This document shows positions 28,019 through 37,773 of a stretch of DNA of 64,000 bases, one piece after another; the stretch's first letter is position 1; each line of letters opens with the position of its first letter. The DNA lies in the NCBI GenBank assembly GCA_965248355.1, contig OZ252098.1:3104001-3168000 (forward strand), in the 5' to 3' direction. The DNA comes from Candidatus Latescibacterota bacterium. GTDB taxonomy: Bacteria > Latescibacterota > UBA2968 > UBA8231. The translations under genes and the position numbers were made by a program. The notes beneath the pieces were generated by a model. The model saw only the letters and a program-made list of their open reading frames with translations. It was not told the DNA's origin and did no database searches.

Positions 28019-29281
28019 ATGAGCGAACAGAGCACGAGCTCCGAACAGCCCCCGGCGGGCCGGTCCATCGGCAACGTCGGCATCCTGGACATACGCCAGG
28101 CAACGGAGGAAACCCTCGCCGGGATCCGCAGCATCGGCAACGTGGGCATGATCTTCTACTCGCCGGAGACGGCCGGGTGGGTCACGCGGTTCACCGCGGG
28201 CAATGTGGGGTCGACCGTCAAGGCGCCAGCCACCGCACGCGTCCTGACGGGCGAGGAGACCTGGAGCCGGACCTCCCTCGATGGGAAGGAGCCCCTCAAC
28301 CTGGTCGTCGTCGGCAAGCTCGTCCTGCATCCGGACGTCCCCCGCGATGCCCTCGAGCAAGGTCTCGAAAGCCTCGTCGTCGTCGGCACGGTCGCCTGCC
28401 CCGACCATCTGGCCGGCGTCCTGCGGGCCAAGGCGCACGAGGTCATGGGAAAGCTGACCACCTATCCCTGGGTTGAGGGGGGCCGCTTCCTGACGGACAA
28501 GGTGACGCTGGACGGCGCCTTCCTGGAGTCCCTCGCAGAAGGCTCCCACGTCGTCGCCCTGGCCGACGTCGGCGCCCCCGAGGTGCTCGACGACGACCTG
28601 CTGCGGCGCAAGGTGTCGTCCCTCTACATCGGCGGCCGGCTCCACTGCCGCGAGGAGAACCTGGCGGCGCTGCGCTCGCGGCTGCACGACCGCAGCCCGT
28701 CGCCGAGGACCAGTGCGGTGCCCGCCGGGTTCGAGGCCGTGGAGGGGCGGCTGCGTCTGGACATGAGGACCGTGGAGTCGCTGCCGGGACGCTCGCTGTA
28801 CTGCACCGGGCTGGTCGAGGTCGATGCCGAGGTCGAGGCGGCGGCGCTGGAGGAAGCGATCGACTCGCTTCAGGTGACCCGGCTGCTCATCGCCCCGGCC
28901 CACCTCGAGGGCGCGCTGGCCGCGCGCTGCGACCTGCTGCAGACGAAAGCCGTCTTCTACGAAGGGGAGCTGTGGCACATCGAGGACAAGGCCGATCTGC
29001 TCGCCTCCCGCTTCGAGTGGCTGGAGGGCAAGGCCACGCTGCTGGTGCGCGGGGACCTCAGGATCGCCGCCGACATCGACCCCCGGGTCCTTGCCGACCG
29101 CCTGCACAAGGTCCACAATCTGGACCGGATCGTCTGCACACCCGAACAGATGGGCGCCCTGCAGGCGCGCATGGGCATGAACGAAGGGCAGTTGAAGGCC
29201 AGGGCCGGCGGCAAGCCGTCGGGCGGGAAGCCGGCCGGCGGGAAGCCCGACAGCGGCAACGTCGGCTACTTGCGTCTGTGA
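28019..29281 (+). CDS. Hypothetical soluble protein with GNVG repeats, ECF-associated
   Basis: High-GC codon bias; GNVG three times at the N-terminus and once at the C-terminus; no TM segment. Confidence 0.8.
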   Translation: MSEQSTSSEQPPAGRSIGNVGILDIRQATEETLAGIRSIGNVGMIFYSPETAGWVTRFTAGNVGSTVKAPATARVLTGEETWSRTSLDGKEPLNLVVVGKLVLHPDVPRDALEQGLESLVVVGTVACPDHLAGVLRAKAHEVMGKLTTYPWVEGGRFLTDKVTLDGAFLESLAEGSHVVALADVGAPEVLDDDLLRRKVSSLYIGGRLHCREENLAALRSRLHDRSPSPRTSAVPAGFEAVEGRLRLDMRTVESLPGRSLYCTGLVEVDAEVEAAALEEAIDSLQVTRLLIAPAHLEGALAARCDLLQTKAVFYEGELWHIEDKADLLASRFEWLEGKATLLVRGDLRIAADIDPRVLADRLHKVHNLDRIVCTPEQMGALQARMGMNEGQLKARAGGKPSGGKPAGGKPDSGNVGYLRL

Positions 29282-29286
29282 GCGTC

Positions 29287-30180
29287 ATGACCGGCTGGCA
29301 CGAAGTCCTCACCCTCGACGCCTCCCGCCGCGTCACCGGCGGCAGCCCGGACCGCCTGGCCGACGCCGTGCGGCGCGGCGCCGATCTGCGCATCCTCACC
29401 GAGTTCCGCCACGACGAGCACATCGACGTGGACTCGGACTGCTCGGAGCTGGTGCGCGAGGCCGCCGAGTTCGCCGTCACCTGTCTCGTGGACGACCGCT
29501 GGTGCGCCGGCATCATGAGCCTGCGCCAGCCCGTGGACCTGCCCGTCGGCTTCGGGCCGCGGCCGTCCATGTCCTACTTCCTCTACAATCAGGACGGCAC
29601 CCAGGCCATCGCGCGGCTCCATCTCGACGGGCAGGCCGCCGCCGAAGCGCCCGGTCCTTCTTCCCCCGAGGGGCCGGAGATGCCCAAGTACCACGGCGCC
29701 GAGTTCTGGGACGGCGACACCAACGCTCCGAGCCACAACTTCGTGTACGACTTCGACTGCTTCCGCTACTGCGTGAACGACCGCTGGCAGGAGGTGCTCG
29801 CCCACGGCGCCGACGGCGAGATCCGCTCCGGGTCGGTGGCCGCCCTCGGACAGGCTTTCGCCGAAGGGCGCGCCGTCAAGGTCGGCGTCGCCGGGCTGTG
29901 CGCCGATCTGCCCCCGGCCGGCCCCGGCCACGAGCTGTTCGTGCAGACGGGATCCGGGTACCACTACACCGAGCGGGACCTGTTCATCGCCGGCTCCCAC
30001 CCCGTGATCCGCGCGGCCCCGGCGATCCCCATGGTCTACCGCAGCCGCGGCTGGGACTCGGGGTGGCTGGTGCTGCGCACCGATGGCCTCGTCGTCTACC
30101 GCCGCTGCGATCCCTACACCCTCGCCTTCGAGGACCGCCGCTACCGCTGCCCCATCCGCTGGTTCGTCAGCCGGGACTGA
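29287..30180 (+). CDS. Hypothetical protein with two-fold internal repeat
   Basis: WHEVLTLD...GGSPDRLADAVRRGADL resembles WQEVLAHG...SGSVAALGQAFAEGRAV; typical codon bias. Confidence 0.75.
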   Translation: MTGWHEVLTLDASRRVTGGSPDRLADAVRRGADLRILTEFRHDEHIDVDSDCSELVREAAEFAVTCLVDDRWCAGIMSLRQPVDLPVGFGPRPSMSYFLYNQDGTQAIARLHLDGQAAAEAPGPSSPEGPEMPKYHGAEFWDGDTNAPSHNFVYDFDCFRYCVNDRWQEVLAHGADGEIRSGSVAALGQAFAEGRAVKVGVAGLCADLPPAGPGHELFVQTGSGYHYTERDLFIAGSHPVIRAAPAIPMVYRSRGWDSGWLVLRTDGLVVYRRCDPYTLAFEDRRYRCPIRWFVSRD

Positions 30181-30218
30181 GCCTTCAGGGGGCCAGCACG
30201 CGGGCGCCGGCGCCGCAC

Positions 30219-30327
30219 CTGTGGCCTGGGGCACACAGCCGACACCGGCGCTGTGGTCCGGGGCACACATCCGTCGCCGGGCCTCCCGGATCCCTCCCCG
30301 GGGCCCGCCCCGGGCACGGGGCTTGCA
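30219..30327 (+). promoter_or_regulatory. Sigma54-like promoter with two tandem upstream TGT-N10-ACA sites
   Basis: GGGCACGGGGCTTGCA at 30312-30327 (GG-N10-GC); repeats at 30219-30237 and 30251-30269. Confidence 0.55.
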
Positions 30328-30340
30328 GCCTCCGGCGGCT

Positions 30341-31882
30341 GTGACCGCCACCGTCCTGTCCGCCGCCACCGTCGGCGTCGACGCCCGCCTCGTCCACGTC
30401 GAGGTCGACACCGACCGCAAGCTGCCCTCCTTCATCCTCGTGGGCCTGCCGGACTCGGCCGTGCGGGAGAGCCGCGAGCGGGTCATGGCGGCGGTGCGCA
30501 ACGCCGGGTTCCAGTGGCCCCGGCGGCGGGTCACCGTGAACCTGGCGCCGGCCGACCTGCGCAAGGAGGGCTCGGCCTTCGACCTGGCCATCGCCGCCGG
30601 CGTCCTGGTCGCCTCCGAACAGGTGAAGGCCGACACCCTGGAGGACTTCGCCCTCCTCGGCGAGTTGTCTCTCGACGGCTCGGTACGCCCGGTGCGGGGC
30701 CTGCTGTCCATGGCCACCGGCCTCGGGGAGCGCGGCGTCTACGCCGCCATCGTGCCGCAGGCGAACGCCCGCGAGGCGGCCATGGCCGACGGCCCCGTCA
30801 TCTTCCCGGTGCGCAGCCTCTCGGAGGCGGTCGAGATCCTGGAGGGCAGCGTGCGCATCCGGCCCTGCGTGGTCGACGCCGAGGGGGCCCTGCGGCAGGA
30901 GGAGGCCCCCGACGAGCACGACTTCGCCGACGTGCGCGGCCAGGAGCACGCCAAGCGCGCCCTCGAGGTCGCCGCCGCCGGGGGGCACAACGTCGTCCTC
31001 ATCGGGCCGCCCGGCTCGGGCAAGACCATGCTCGCCCGGCGCATGCCCTCGATCCTGTCGGCCCCGACGGTGCAGGAGGCCCGGGCCGTGACCCGCATCC
31101 ACTCCGTGGCCGGAGTGCTGGCGCCGGGCCAGGCCCTGGTGACGCGCCGGCCCTTCCGGGCGCCGCACCACACGATCAGCGACGCCGGCCTCATCGGCGG
31201 CGGATCGTCGCCGCGGCCGGGCGAGGTCTCCCTCTCCCACCACGGGGTGCTGTTCCTCGACGAGCTGCCGGAGTTCCAGCGCCGGGCGGTGGAGGCCCTG
31301 CGCCAGCCCATGGAGGAGTGCCGGGTCACCATCGGCCGCGCCGCCGCCACCCTCACCTTCCCGGCGCGGTTCATGCTGGTGGCCTCCATGAACCCCTGTC
31401 CCTGCGGCTACCTGGGCCACCCCCGCCAGGACTGCCTCTGCCCGCCCCGGACCGTGGAGCGCTACCGGACGCGGCTGTCGGGGCCGCTGCTGGACCGCAT
31501 CGACCTGCACGTGGAGGTGCCCGCCGTCGGCTTCGACGACCTGTCCGAGGGGCCGCCGGGCGAGCCCTCGGCCCAGGTGCGGAGCCGCGTCGAGGCGGCG
31601 CGGCAGGTCCAGCAGGAGCGCTTCGGCGGCGAGAGCGGCGTGTTCTGCAACGCCCACATGGACGCCCGCCACGTGCGCCGCTACTGCCGGCCCCTGCCCC
31701 GCGAGGCGGCCGGGCTCCTGCGCGCCGCCCTGGAGCGCCTCGGCCTGTCGGCCCGGGCCCACGACCGCATCCTCAAGGTGGCGCGAACCATCGCCGACCT
31801 GGCGGGGGCGGAGCAGATCGAGGCCGCCCACGTGGCCGAGGCGGTGCAGTACCGGGGGCTGGACCGGCCGGTGCCGGCCTGA
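30341..31882 (+). CDS. comM: YifB/ComM Mg-chelatase-like AAA+ ATPase
   Basis: VGLPDSAVRES, NLAPADLRKEG, GPPGSGKTM, RPFRAPHH, FLDELPEF, NPCPCG, LSARAHDRILKVARTIADL. Confidence 0.93.
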   Translation: MTATVLSAATVGVDARLVHVEVDTDRKLPSFILVGLPDSAVRESRERVMAAVRNAGFQWPRRRVTVNLAPADLRKEGSAFDLAIAAGVLVASEQVKADTLEDFALLGELSLDGSVRPVRGLLSMATGLGERGVYAAIVPQANAREAAMADGPVIFPVRSLSEAVEILEGSVRIRPCVVDAEGALRQEEAPDEHDFADVRGQEHAKRALEVAAAGGHNVVLIGPPGSGKTMLARRMPSILSAPTVQEARAVTRIHSVAGVLAPGQALVTRRPFRAPHHTISDAGLIGGGSSPRPGEVSLSHHGVLFLDELPEFQRRAVEALRQPMEECRVTIGRAAATLTFPARFMLVASMNPCPCGYLGHPRQDCLCPPRTVERYRTRLSGPLLDRIDLHVEVPAVGFDDLSEGPPGEPSAQVRSRVEAARQVQQERFGGESGVFCNAHMDARHVRRYCRPLPREAAGLLRAALERLGLSARAHDRILKVARTIADLAGAEQIEAAHVAEAVQYRGLDRPVPA

Positions 31883-31982
31883 GGCGGGCGGCCCGCCCGA
31901 CGAGGCGCGCCCCGACCGCCGCTTGACCCCCGGGAGCGGGGGGTCTATCTACGTCCCGCACCCGCTTCCCGGAATGACACCG

Positions 31983-32123
31983 ATGACCAACGGCAGGGTC
32001 GTATCCTGCTGCTCCTGGGCCTTCGACGCTCCGGTGAACGAGACCTTGGTCCGGCGGGCCGAGATCGGACTGGCCGCCGTCGACCTGCGTCCCTCCACCC
32101 TGCGCGCCGAGGCCGGGCCTCTG
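31983..32123 (+). pseudogene. Diverged 5' fragment of the isomerase gene at 33190
   Basis: MTNGRVVSCCSWAFDAPVNETLVRRAEIGLAAVDLRPSTL versus MKKDGTISCCTWALEGPVTESMVRLAEIGLGAVDVRPSTL. Confidence 0.8.
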
Positions 32124-32153
32124 AGCTGCAATCCTTCTCTGAGCTGCAATCCT
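32119..32153. repeat. 17-bp direct repeat (period 18) at the insertion junction
   Basis: CTCTGAGCTGCAATCCT at 32119-32135 and 32137-32153. Confidence 0.9.
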
Positions 32154-32187
32154 AGGGACACCTTCTCTCGCGAGCGGGAATGGCAAG

Positions 32188-33045
32188 ATGACAACCCTCT
32201 ATCAAAAGAGTGACCATCAGTTGGAGCGCCTGCGTGACAGGCTGACCATGCCCGCGGAGTCGAACAGAAACAGCTCCGACACGATAGAGGCCGAGGCGGC
32301 CGAAGTCGTCGAGAACGAACGTCGATCGATGTCGGAGCTTGCCCCGCCGGCCTCTCGTTCGGGAGCCCAGTTGATTACAGAGACGCGGCGTTTGGTCACG
32401 GAGGAACTAGCCAACCGCGTGGATGATCAGAGACTGGCAGCGGTCCTCCAACGGAAGATAGACGCGGAGTACAAAAAGCCACCGAAGAAACGTGCGGCTA
32501 TCGTCAGTCCTTACCATGTCTCGACTTGGCCCGGCGATGCCAAGGTCTGGATGGAAGTCGCGGTGGGGCTTGATCAAGCCAGTCGGGCACCCGACTCAAG
32601 CCTACGTGACCACTGCAAAAGCAATGTCGCGCATGTGGCCACTGGATTTGCATTCGAGCTGGCATATAAATGTCTGCTTGTGGGGGAGTTCGAGCCATTC
32701 GTGCAGACGCACAGTTGCCAACTCCTTCACGACCGTCTTGCTCCCGACACGCAAGCGCGGCTGGAGACAATTATGGCGGAGCAAGGCTGGTCACGCGCAA
32801 CCGCATGCGTCAAGTATCTGGACGAGCGAATGAGCAACAAAGACCGCAAGTACTGGATGGTGACTCCCGACCGGACCAGGGAGACGGGACGCTCCAAAGG
32901 AACAGGATTCATTGTTGCAGACAGCCCGATGGCGATCGGTCGACTCGGTCAAGTCTTGCTTGGTATACTGCCGCTCGTGACATGCAAGTTGAGTCAAGCT
33001 CGACGAGCTTGGGACTACCGGCATCGGTCACAGGATGTAGAGTGA
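32188..33045 (+). CDS. Hypothetical protein with HEPN-like motif, AT-richer than the backbone
   Basis: GFAFELAYKCLL...QTHSCQLLHDRL resembles the HEPN ExxxK...H pattern. Confidence 0.55.
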   Translation: MTTLYQKSDHQLERLRDRLTMPAESNRNSSDTIEAEAAEVVENERRSMSELAPPASRSGAQLITETRRLVTEELANRVDDQRLAAVLQRKIDAEYKKPPKKRAAIVSPYHVSTWPGDAKVWMEVAVGLDQASRAPDSSLRDHCKSNVAHVATGFAFELAYKCLLVGEFEPFVQTHSCQLLHDRLAPDTQARLETIMAEQGWSRATACVKYLDERMSNKDRKYWMVTPDRTRETGRSKGTGFIVADSPMAIGRLGQVLLGILPLVTCKLSQARRAWDYRHRSQDVE

Positions 33046-33189
33046 TGGCAATTGCCAGACACTCGCCCCTGCTTGGGTTTGAGGTCGCGCGGCCTGGATC
33101 GGCCCGTGCCAAGCCCCACCGCCGCTTGCCCCCCCGGGGGCGAGGGCTCTATCTACGGGGCCCACCCACTTGCCGGCGGTTGATAGCGG

Positions 33190-33975
33190 ATGAAGAAGGA
33201 CGGCACGATCTCCTGCTGCACCTGGGCCCTCGAAGGGCCCGTGACCGAGTCCATGGTCCGGCTGGCGGAGATCGGCCTGGGCGCCGTCGACGTGCGGCCG
33301 TCCACCCTGGGCGGCGCCGAGGCCCGGGCCCTGGTGCGGAACCTCGGGCTGGAGGTCGGCTGCGTGGCCCTGTCCCACGAGATGCCTGAAGGGGCGGCCC
33401 TCGACTCGGTGGAAGCCGGGACCGTGGAGGCCGCCATGGCGCACCTGCTGGGGGGCCTGGACCAGGCGGTCACGCTGGGCGCCTCTCATGCCTATGTGGT
33501 GCCTGAGGCGCCACTGGACGGGGACTCCCTGACCCGCTACGCCGAGGTCCTGCCCGGCCTCGCCGACTACGCCCGCGCCGCCGGCGCCGGCCTCTGCATC
33601 GAGCACTTTCCCGGCACCGCCCTCCCCACCGTGGCCGCGACCCTGGACTTCCTGGAGGGCCTCGGTCACGACAACCTCTACCTGCTCTTCGACATCGGCC
33701 ACGCCCAGATGTCGGGCGAGGATCCGGCCGAGATCCTGCCGGCGGCAGGACCGCGTCTCGGCTACGTCCATCTCGACGACAACGACGGCGCCGGCGACCT
33801 GCACCTGGCCCTGACCGACGGCGTGCAGACCCGCGAGTCCCTGGCCTCGCTCTTCGAGACCCTGGAGGAGATCGGCTATGACGGTCCCGTGAGCCTGGAG
33901 ATGAACAGCAACCTGCCCGACGTGCCCGGCGCCATCCGGCGCAGCTTCGACCTCGTCGCCGGTCTGCGCTCCTGA
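33190..33975 (+). CDS. Sugar phosphate isomerase/epimerase
   Basis: CIEHFP, FDIGHAQM, YVHLDDNDG...DLHL, GYDGPVSLEM. Confidence 0.88.
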   Translation: MKKDGTISCCTWALEGPVTESMVRLAEIGLGAVDVRPSTLGGAEARALVRNLGLEVGCVALSHEMPEGAALDSVEAGTVEAAMAHLLGGLDQAVTLGASHAYVVPEAPLDGDSLTRYAEVLPGLADYARAAGAGLCIEHFPGTALPTVAATLDFLEGLGHDNLYLLFDIGHAQMSGEDPAEILPAAGPRLGYVHLDDNDGAGDLHLALTDGVQTRESLASLFETLEEIGYDGPVSLEMNSNLPDVPGAIRRSFDLVAGLRS

Positions 33976-35309
33976 TGCGGCTCAGCGAACGCCACCAGCG
34001 CCTCCTGAAGCGCACCTTCCTCGACTACCAGCACCACGACGCCTTCGCCGAGAACCCCCTGATCGTGTCCCGGGCCGAGGGCCTGCACTACTGGGACGTG
34101 GAGGGCCGGCGCTACTTCGACGGCATCGCCGGGGTCTACGCCGCCACCCTCGGCCACGGGCACCCGCGCGTCGTCGAGGCGGTCACGCGGCAGCTCGAGC
34201 GGCTCCCCTTCGCCCCGCCCATGCACGGCACCGCCGACATCACCCTCGACTTCGTCGAGCGCATGGGCTCGGTGACCCCCGGGAGCCTCGACTTCGTCAA
34301 GTCCTTCTCCGGGGGCTCCGAGTCGATGGAGGCGGCCTTCAAGTTCGCCCGCCAGTACTTCCGCCAGACCGGCCGCCCCGGGAAGTACAAGTTCATCAGC
34401 CGCTACCACGGCTATCACGGCGCCACCATGGGGGCCATGGCCGCCAGCGGCACCGGCCCCCGCAAGTCGCCCTTCGAGCCGGGCCCCGCCGGCTTCCTCA
34501 AGGTCTTCCCGCCCACCCACTACCGCGGCCAGTTCGACAGCTGGGAGGAGTGCAACCGCTTCGCCGCGCGCCAGGTGGAGGACGTCATCGTCCACGAGGA
34601 CCCGGAGACGGTGGCCGGGGTGATCCTCGAGCCGGTGAGCAACACCGGGGGCGTGATCACGCCGACGCGGGAGTACTTCCAGATCCTGCGCCAGACCTGC
34701 GACCGTCATGACGTGCTGCTCATCTTCGACGAGATCATCACCGCCTGCGGGCGCACGGGATCGATGTTCGCCGCCCAGACCTACGGCGTCACGCCCGACA
34801 TCATCTGCGGCGGCAAGGGTCTGTCGAGCGGCGCCGTTCCCCTCGGGGCCATGATGGCCCGCCTGGACATGGCCGACGCCTTCCAGAGGCCCGGGTCCGC
34901 CAACTTCGCCCACGGCCACACCTACGCCGGCCATCCCGTGGCCTGCGCCGCGGGCATCGCCGTCATCGACGAGATCGTCGAGCAGGGGCTGGACCGCCGC
35001 GCCGGGGAGCTGGGGGACCGCCTGGCGGCCGGGCTGGAGGGGCTCCGGCGGCACGGGGTCGTGCGCGAGGTGCGGGGCAAGGGTCTGCTGCGGGGCGTGG
35101 AGCTGGTGCGGGAGGAGGGCTCGGCCGAACCGTTCCCGGAGCTCGGCGCCGCGCTCAAGAGGACGGCCCTGGCCAACGGCCTGATCCTGCGCGTGGATCC
35201 GTCCTGGTTCGCCCTGGGGCCGGCCCTGACCATCGACGAGGCCGGGGTGGACGAGCTGTGCGACCTGGTCGACCGCAGCCTGGCCGACGCTCTCGCCGGC
35301 CTGCGTTGA
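33975..35309 (+). CDS. Class III PLP aminotransferase (omega-amino acid/DAPA-like)
   Basis: SGGSESME, YHGAT, FDEIITACGRTG, GKGLSSG, HGHTYAGHP. Confidence 0.92.
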   Translation: MRLSERHQRLLKRTFLDYQHHDAFAENPLIVSRAEGLHYWDVEGRRYFDGIAGVYAATLGHGHPRVVEAVTRQLERLPFAPPMHGTADITLDFVERMGSVTPGSLDFVKSFSGGSESMEAAFKFARQYFRQTGRPGKYKFISRYHGYHGATMGAMAASGTGPRKSPFEPGPAGFLKVFPPTHYRGQFDSWEECNRFAARQVEDVIVHEDPETVAGVILEPVSNTGGVITPTREYFQILRQTCDRHDVLLIFDEIITACGRTGSMFAAQTYGVTPDIICGGKGLSSGAVPLGAMMARLDMADAFQRPGSANFAHGHTYAGHPVACAAGIAVIDEIVEQGLDRRAGELGDRLAAGLEGLRRHGVVREVRGKGLLRGVELVREEGSAEPFPELGAALKRTALANGLILRVDPSWFALGPALTIDEAGVDELCDLVDRSLADALAGLR

Positions 35310-35321
35310 CGGCCAACAGAG

Positions 35322-36176
35322 TTGGCGGCCCTCTACCTGATCGACGGCAGCTTCGAGCTGTTCCGCTGCTACTACGGGTCGCCGCGGGCCCGCCTCGACG
35401 ACGGCCGCGAGGTAGGCGCCGTGCGGGGCTTGTTCCAGACCCTGGCCTCGCTGCTGCGCGAGGAGGACCTGGCCTACACGGCCATGGCCTTCGACGACGT
35501 GGACGCCCTGCAGGCCCGGGAGCCCGGGGACACGGAGAACATCCACGCCCAGTACCCCCTCGCCGTCGAGACCGGGCAGGCCCTCGGCATCGATACCTGG
35601 GTCATGTCCGGGTACTCGGCCGACGACGCCATCGCCTCGGCGGCCCACCACTTCGGCCCGGCGCCGGAGCTGAGCCGCATCGTCATCTGCTCCACCGACA
35701 ACGACTTCGCCCAGTGCGTCCGCGGCGAGCGCGTGATCCTGCTGGACCGCATCCGCAAGGTGCGCGCCGGCGAGGCGGAGGTGGCGGCGAAGTTCGGGGT
35801 CCCGCCGCGGCGCATCCCCGAGTACCTGGCCCTGGTGGGGGACAAGTCCGACGGCATCCCGGGGATTCCGGGGTTCGGGCCGCGCTCGGCGGCGGCCGTC
35901 ATCCGGCGCTTCGGCGCCATGGAGGAGATCCCGATGGACGCGGCCGAGTGGGACGTTGAGGTGCGCGGCCGGAAGCGGCTGGCCGCCACCTTCCGGGAGC
36001 GCCGGGCCGAGGCGATCGGCTACCGGGACGCCTCGATCAAGCGCCTCGACGCGCCCCTGCCCGGCTCCCTGGAGGAGCTGCGCTACCACGGCGCCCACCG
36101 CCCCGGCGTCGAGGCCCTGGCCGCCGCCGTCGAGGCCCCCGGCCTGCTGCACCGGACCGTGCGCTATCTCGACTGA
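35322..36176 (+). CDS. Stand-alone 5'-3' exonuclease/flap endonuclease
   Basis: YLIDGS, ADDAIAS, ALVGDKSDGIPGIPGFGPRSA (H3TH). Confidence 0.88.
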   Translation: MAALYLIDGSFELFRCYYGSPRARLDDGREVGAVRGLFQTLASLLREEDLAYTAMAFDDVDALQAREPGDTENIHAQYPLAVETGQALGIDTWVMSGYSADDAIASAAHHFGPAPELSRIVICSTDNDFAQCVRGERVILLDRIRKVRAGEAEVAAKFGVPPRRIPEYLALVGDKSDGIPGIPGFGPRSAAAVIRRFGAMEEIPMDAAEWDVEVRGRKRLAATFRERRAEAIGYRDASIKRLDAPLPGSLEELRYHGAHRPGVEALAAAVEAPGLLHRTVRYLD

Positions 36177-36194
36177 GCGCGGGTCCGGCGTCTT

Positions 36195-36662
36195 TCAGTC
36201 GTAGATCCCGAGCAGCTCCACCTCGAAGACCAGCACCGCGCAGGGAGGGATGGTGCCCCTCGAGCCCTTGCCCCCGTACGCGAGTCCGGGCGGGATGGTC
36301 AGCTTCGCCTTGCCGCCGCCGCGCAGCCGCTGCAGCCCTTCCGTCCAGCCGGGGATCACTTCCGACAGCTTGAACTCCTCCGGCCAGCCGCGCGCGTACG
36401 AGCTGTCGAAGACGGTGCCGTCCGGCAGCCGCCCCTCGTAGTGGACCTGCACCCGGTTGCCGGCCTTCGGCTGCGGTCCGTACCCGGCCTCCAGCTCGCG
36501 GTAGACGAGGCCCGACTCGGTGCGCACCGCCCCCTCCTCGGCGGCGGCGGCGTCGAGGACCTCCCGGTTCTCCGGAGTGTCGCAGGGATCGCCGCAGGCG
36601 CCGGCGAGCAGGGCCGCCAGGGCCAGGGCGGGCAGCGGCAGGAGACGGGTCGGCATGAACAT
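36195..36662 (-). CDS. FKBP-type peptidyl-prolyl isomerase, lipoprotein
   Basis: Lipobox LAGAC; VHYEG...FDSS, VIPGWTEG, LAYG, IPP..LVFEVEL. Confidence 0.93.
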   Translation of the reverse strand: MFMPTRLLPLPALALAALLAGACGDPCDTPENREVLDAAAAEEGAVRTESGLVYRELEAGYGPQPKAGNRVQVHYEGRLPDGTVFDSSYARGWPEEFKLSEVIPGWTEGLQRLRGGGKAKLTIPPGLAYGGKGSRGTIPPCAVLVFEVELLGIYD

Positions 36663-36738
36663 GGGGGATCACCTCCCGGTTGGGCTGTGACGATGGGGAC
36701 CTCGGCGACCGGCGGGGCAGAGAGGACGCTCTCCTCAG

Positions 36739-37773
36739 TCAGCCGAGGACGCTGCGCAGGGTGAGGGCGAAGTCATCCACGTCCTCCTCGGTGGTGTCCC
36801 ACGAGGCCATCCAGCGCACCTCGCCGGACTCCTCGTCCCAGACGGCGAACCGCGCCAGGCGCCGCAGGGCCTCCAGCCGGTCGAGGGGCACGAGGGCGAA
36901 GACGGCGCTGGCCTGCGTCGGCCGCGAGATGCGCAGGCCGGGGATGTCGCGGACGGCGTCGTGCAGGCGCCGGGCCATGGCGTTGGCGTGGGCGGCGATG
37001 CGCAGCCACAGGTCGTCCTCCAGCAGGGCGAGGAACTGGGCGCTGAGGAAGCGCATCTTCGAGGCCAGCTGCAGCCCCTGCTTGTGGACGTAGGCCAGGC
37101 GGTCGGCCAGGGACGGGTCGAAGTAGACGACGGCCTCGCCGATCATGAGACCGCACTTGGTGCCCCCGAAGCTGAGCAGGTCGACGCCGGCGCCGGCCGT
37201 GATCTCGCGCAGGCTCACGCCCAGGGCGGCGGCGGCGTTGGCCAGGCGAGCCCCGTCCATGTGCAGCAGCCAGCCGCGCTCGTGGACGGCGTCGGCCAGG
37301 GCCCGCACCTCGCCGGGGGTGTAGACGGTGCCCAGCTCGGTGGCCTGCGTGATCGACAGCAGGCGCGGCTTCGACTGGTGCGGCTCGCCGTGGCCCGCGG
37401 GCACCTGCTCCAGGCAGGACGGGTCGAGCTTGCCGTCCACCGAATCCACCACCAGCACGCGGCAGCCGGCGAAGCGCTCGATGGCGCCGCACTCGTCGAT
37501 GTGGATGTGGGAAGTGCGGGCGCTGACCACGGCCTGGTAGGCCTCGACGGCCCCGGCGGCGGCCACGACGTTGGCGGCGGTTCCGTTGAACACGAGGTGG
37601 GTCACCGTCTCCGGGCCGAAGACCTCCCGGAACCGGTCGCGCACGGCGGCGGTGAGGGGATCGCTGCCGTACGAGGGGACGTGCCCCCGGTTGGCGGCGG
37701 CGATGGCCTCGAAGATGCGCGGGTGGATGCCGGCCTCGTTGTCGCTGCAGAACTGCCGCTTGTCGTCGGTCAT
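36739..37773 (-). CDS. ltaE: Low-specificity L-threonine aldolase
   Basis: FCSDN, NGTAAN, HMDGARLANA, SFGGTK, QLASKMRF. Confidence 0.9.
   Translation of the reverse strand: MTDDKRQFCSDNEAGIHPRIFEAIAAANRGHVPSYGSDPLTAAVRDRFREVFGPETVTHLVFNGTAANVVAAAGAVEAYQAVVSARTSHIHIDECGAIERFAGCRVLVVDSVDGKLDPSCLEQVPAGHGEPHQSKPRLLSITQATELGTVYTPGEVRALADAVHERGWLLHMDGARLANAAAALGVSLREITAGAGVDLLSFGGTKCGLMIGEAVVYFDPSLADRLAYVHKQGLQLASKMRFLSAQFLALLEDDLWLRIAAHANAMARRLHDAVRDIPGLRISRPTQASAVFALVPLDRLEALRRLARFAVWDEESGEVRWMASWDTTEEDVDDFALTLRSVLG

Noticed and set aside
32144..32168. IS terminal repeat (CCTAGGGACACCTTCT)
   Set aside because: Resemblance only; no partner end or transposase nearby.
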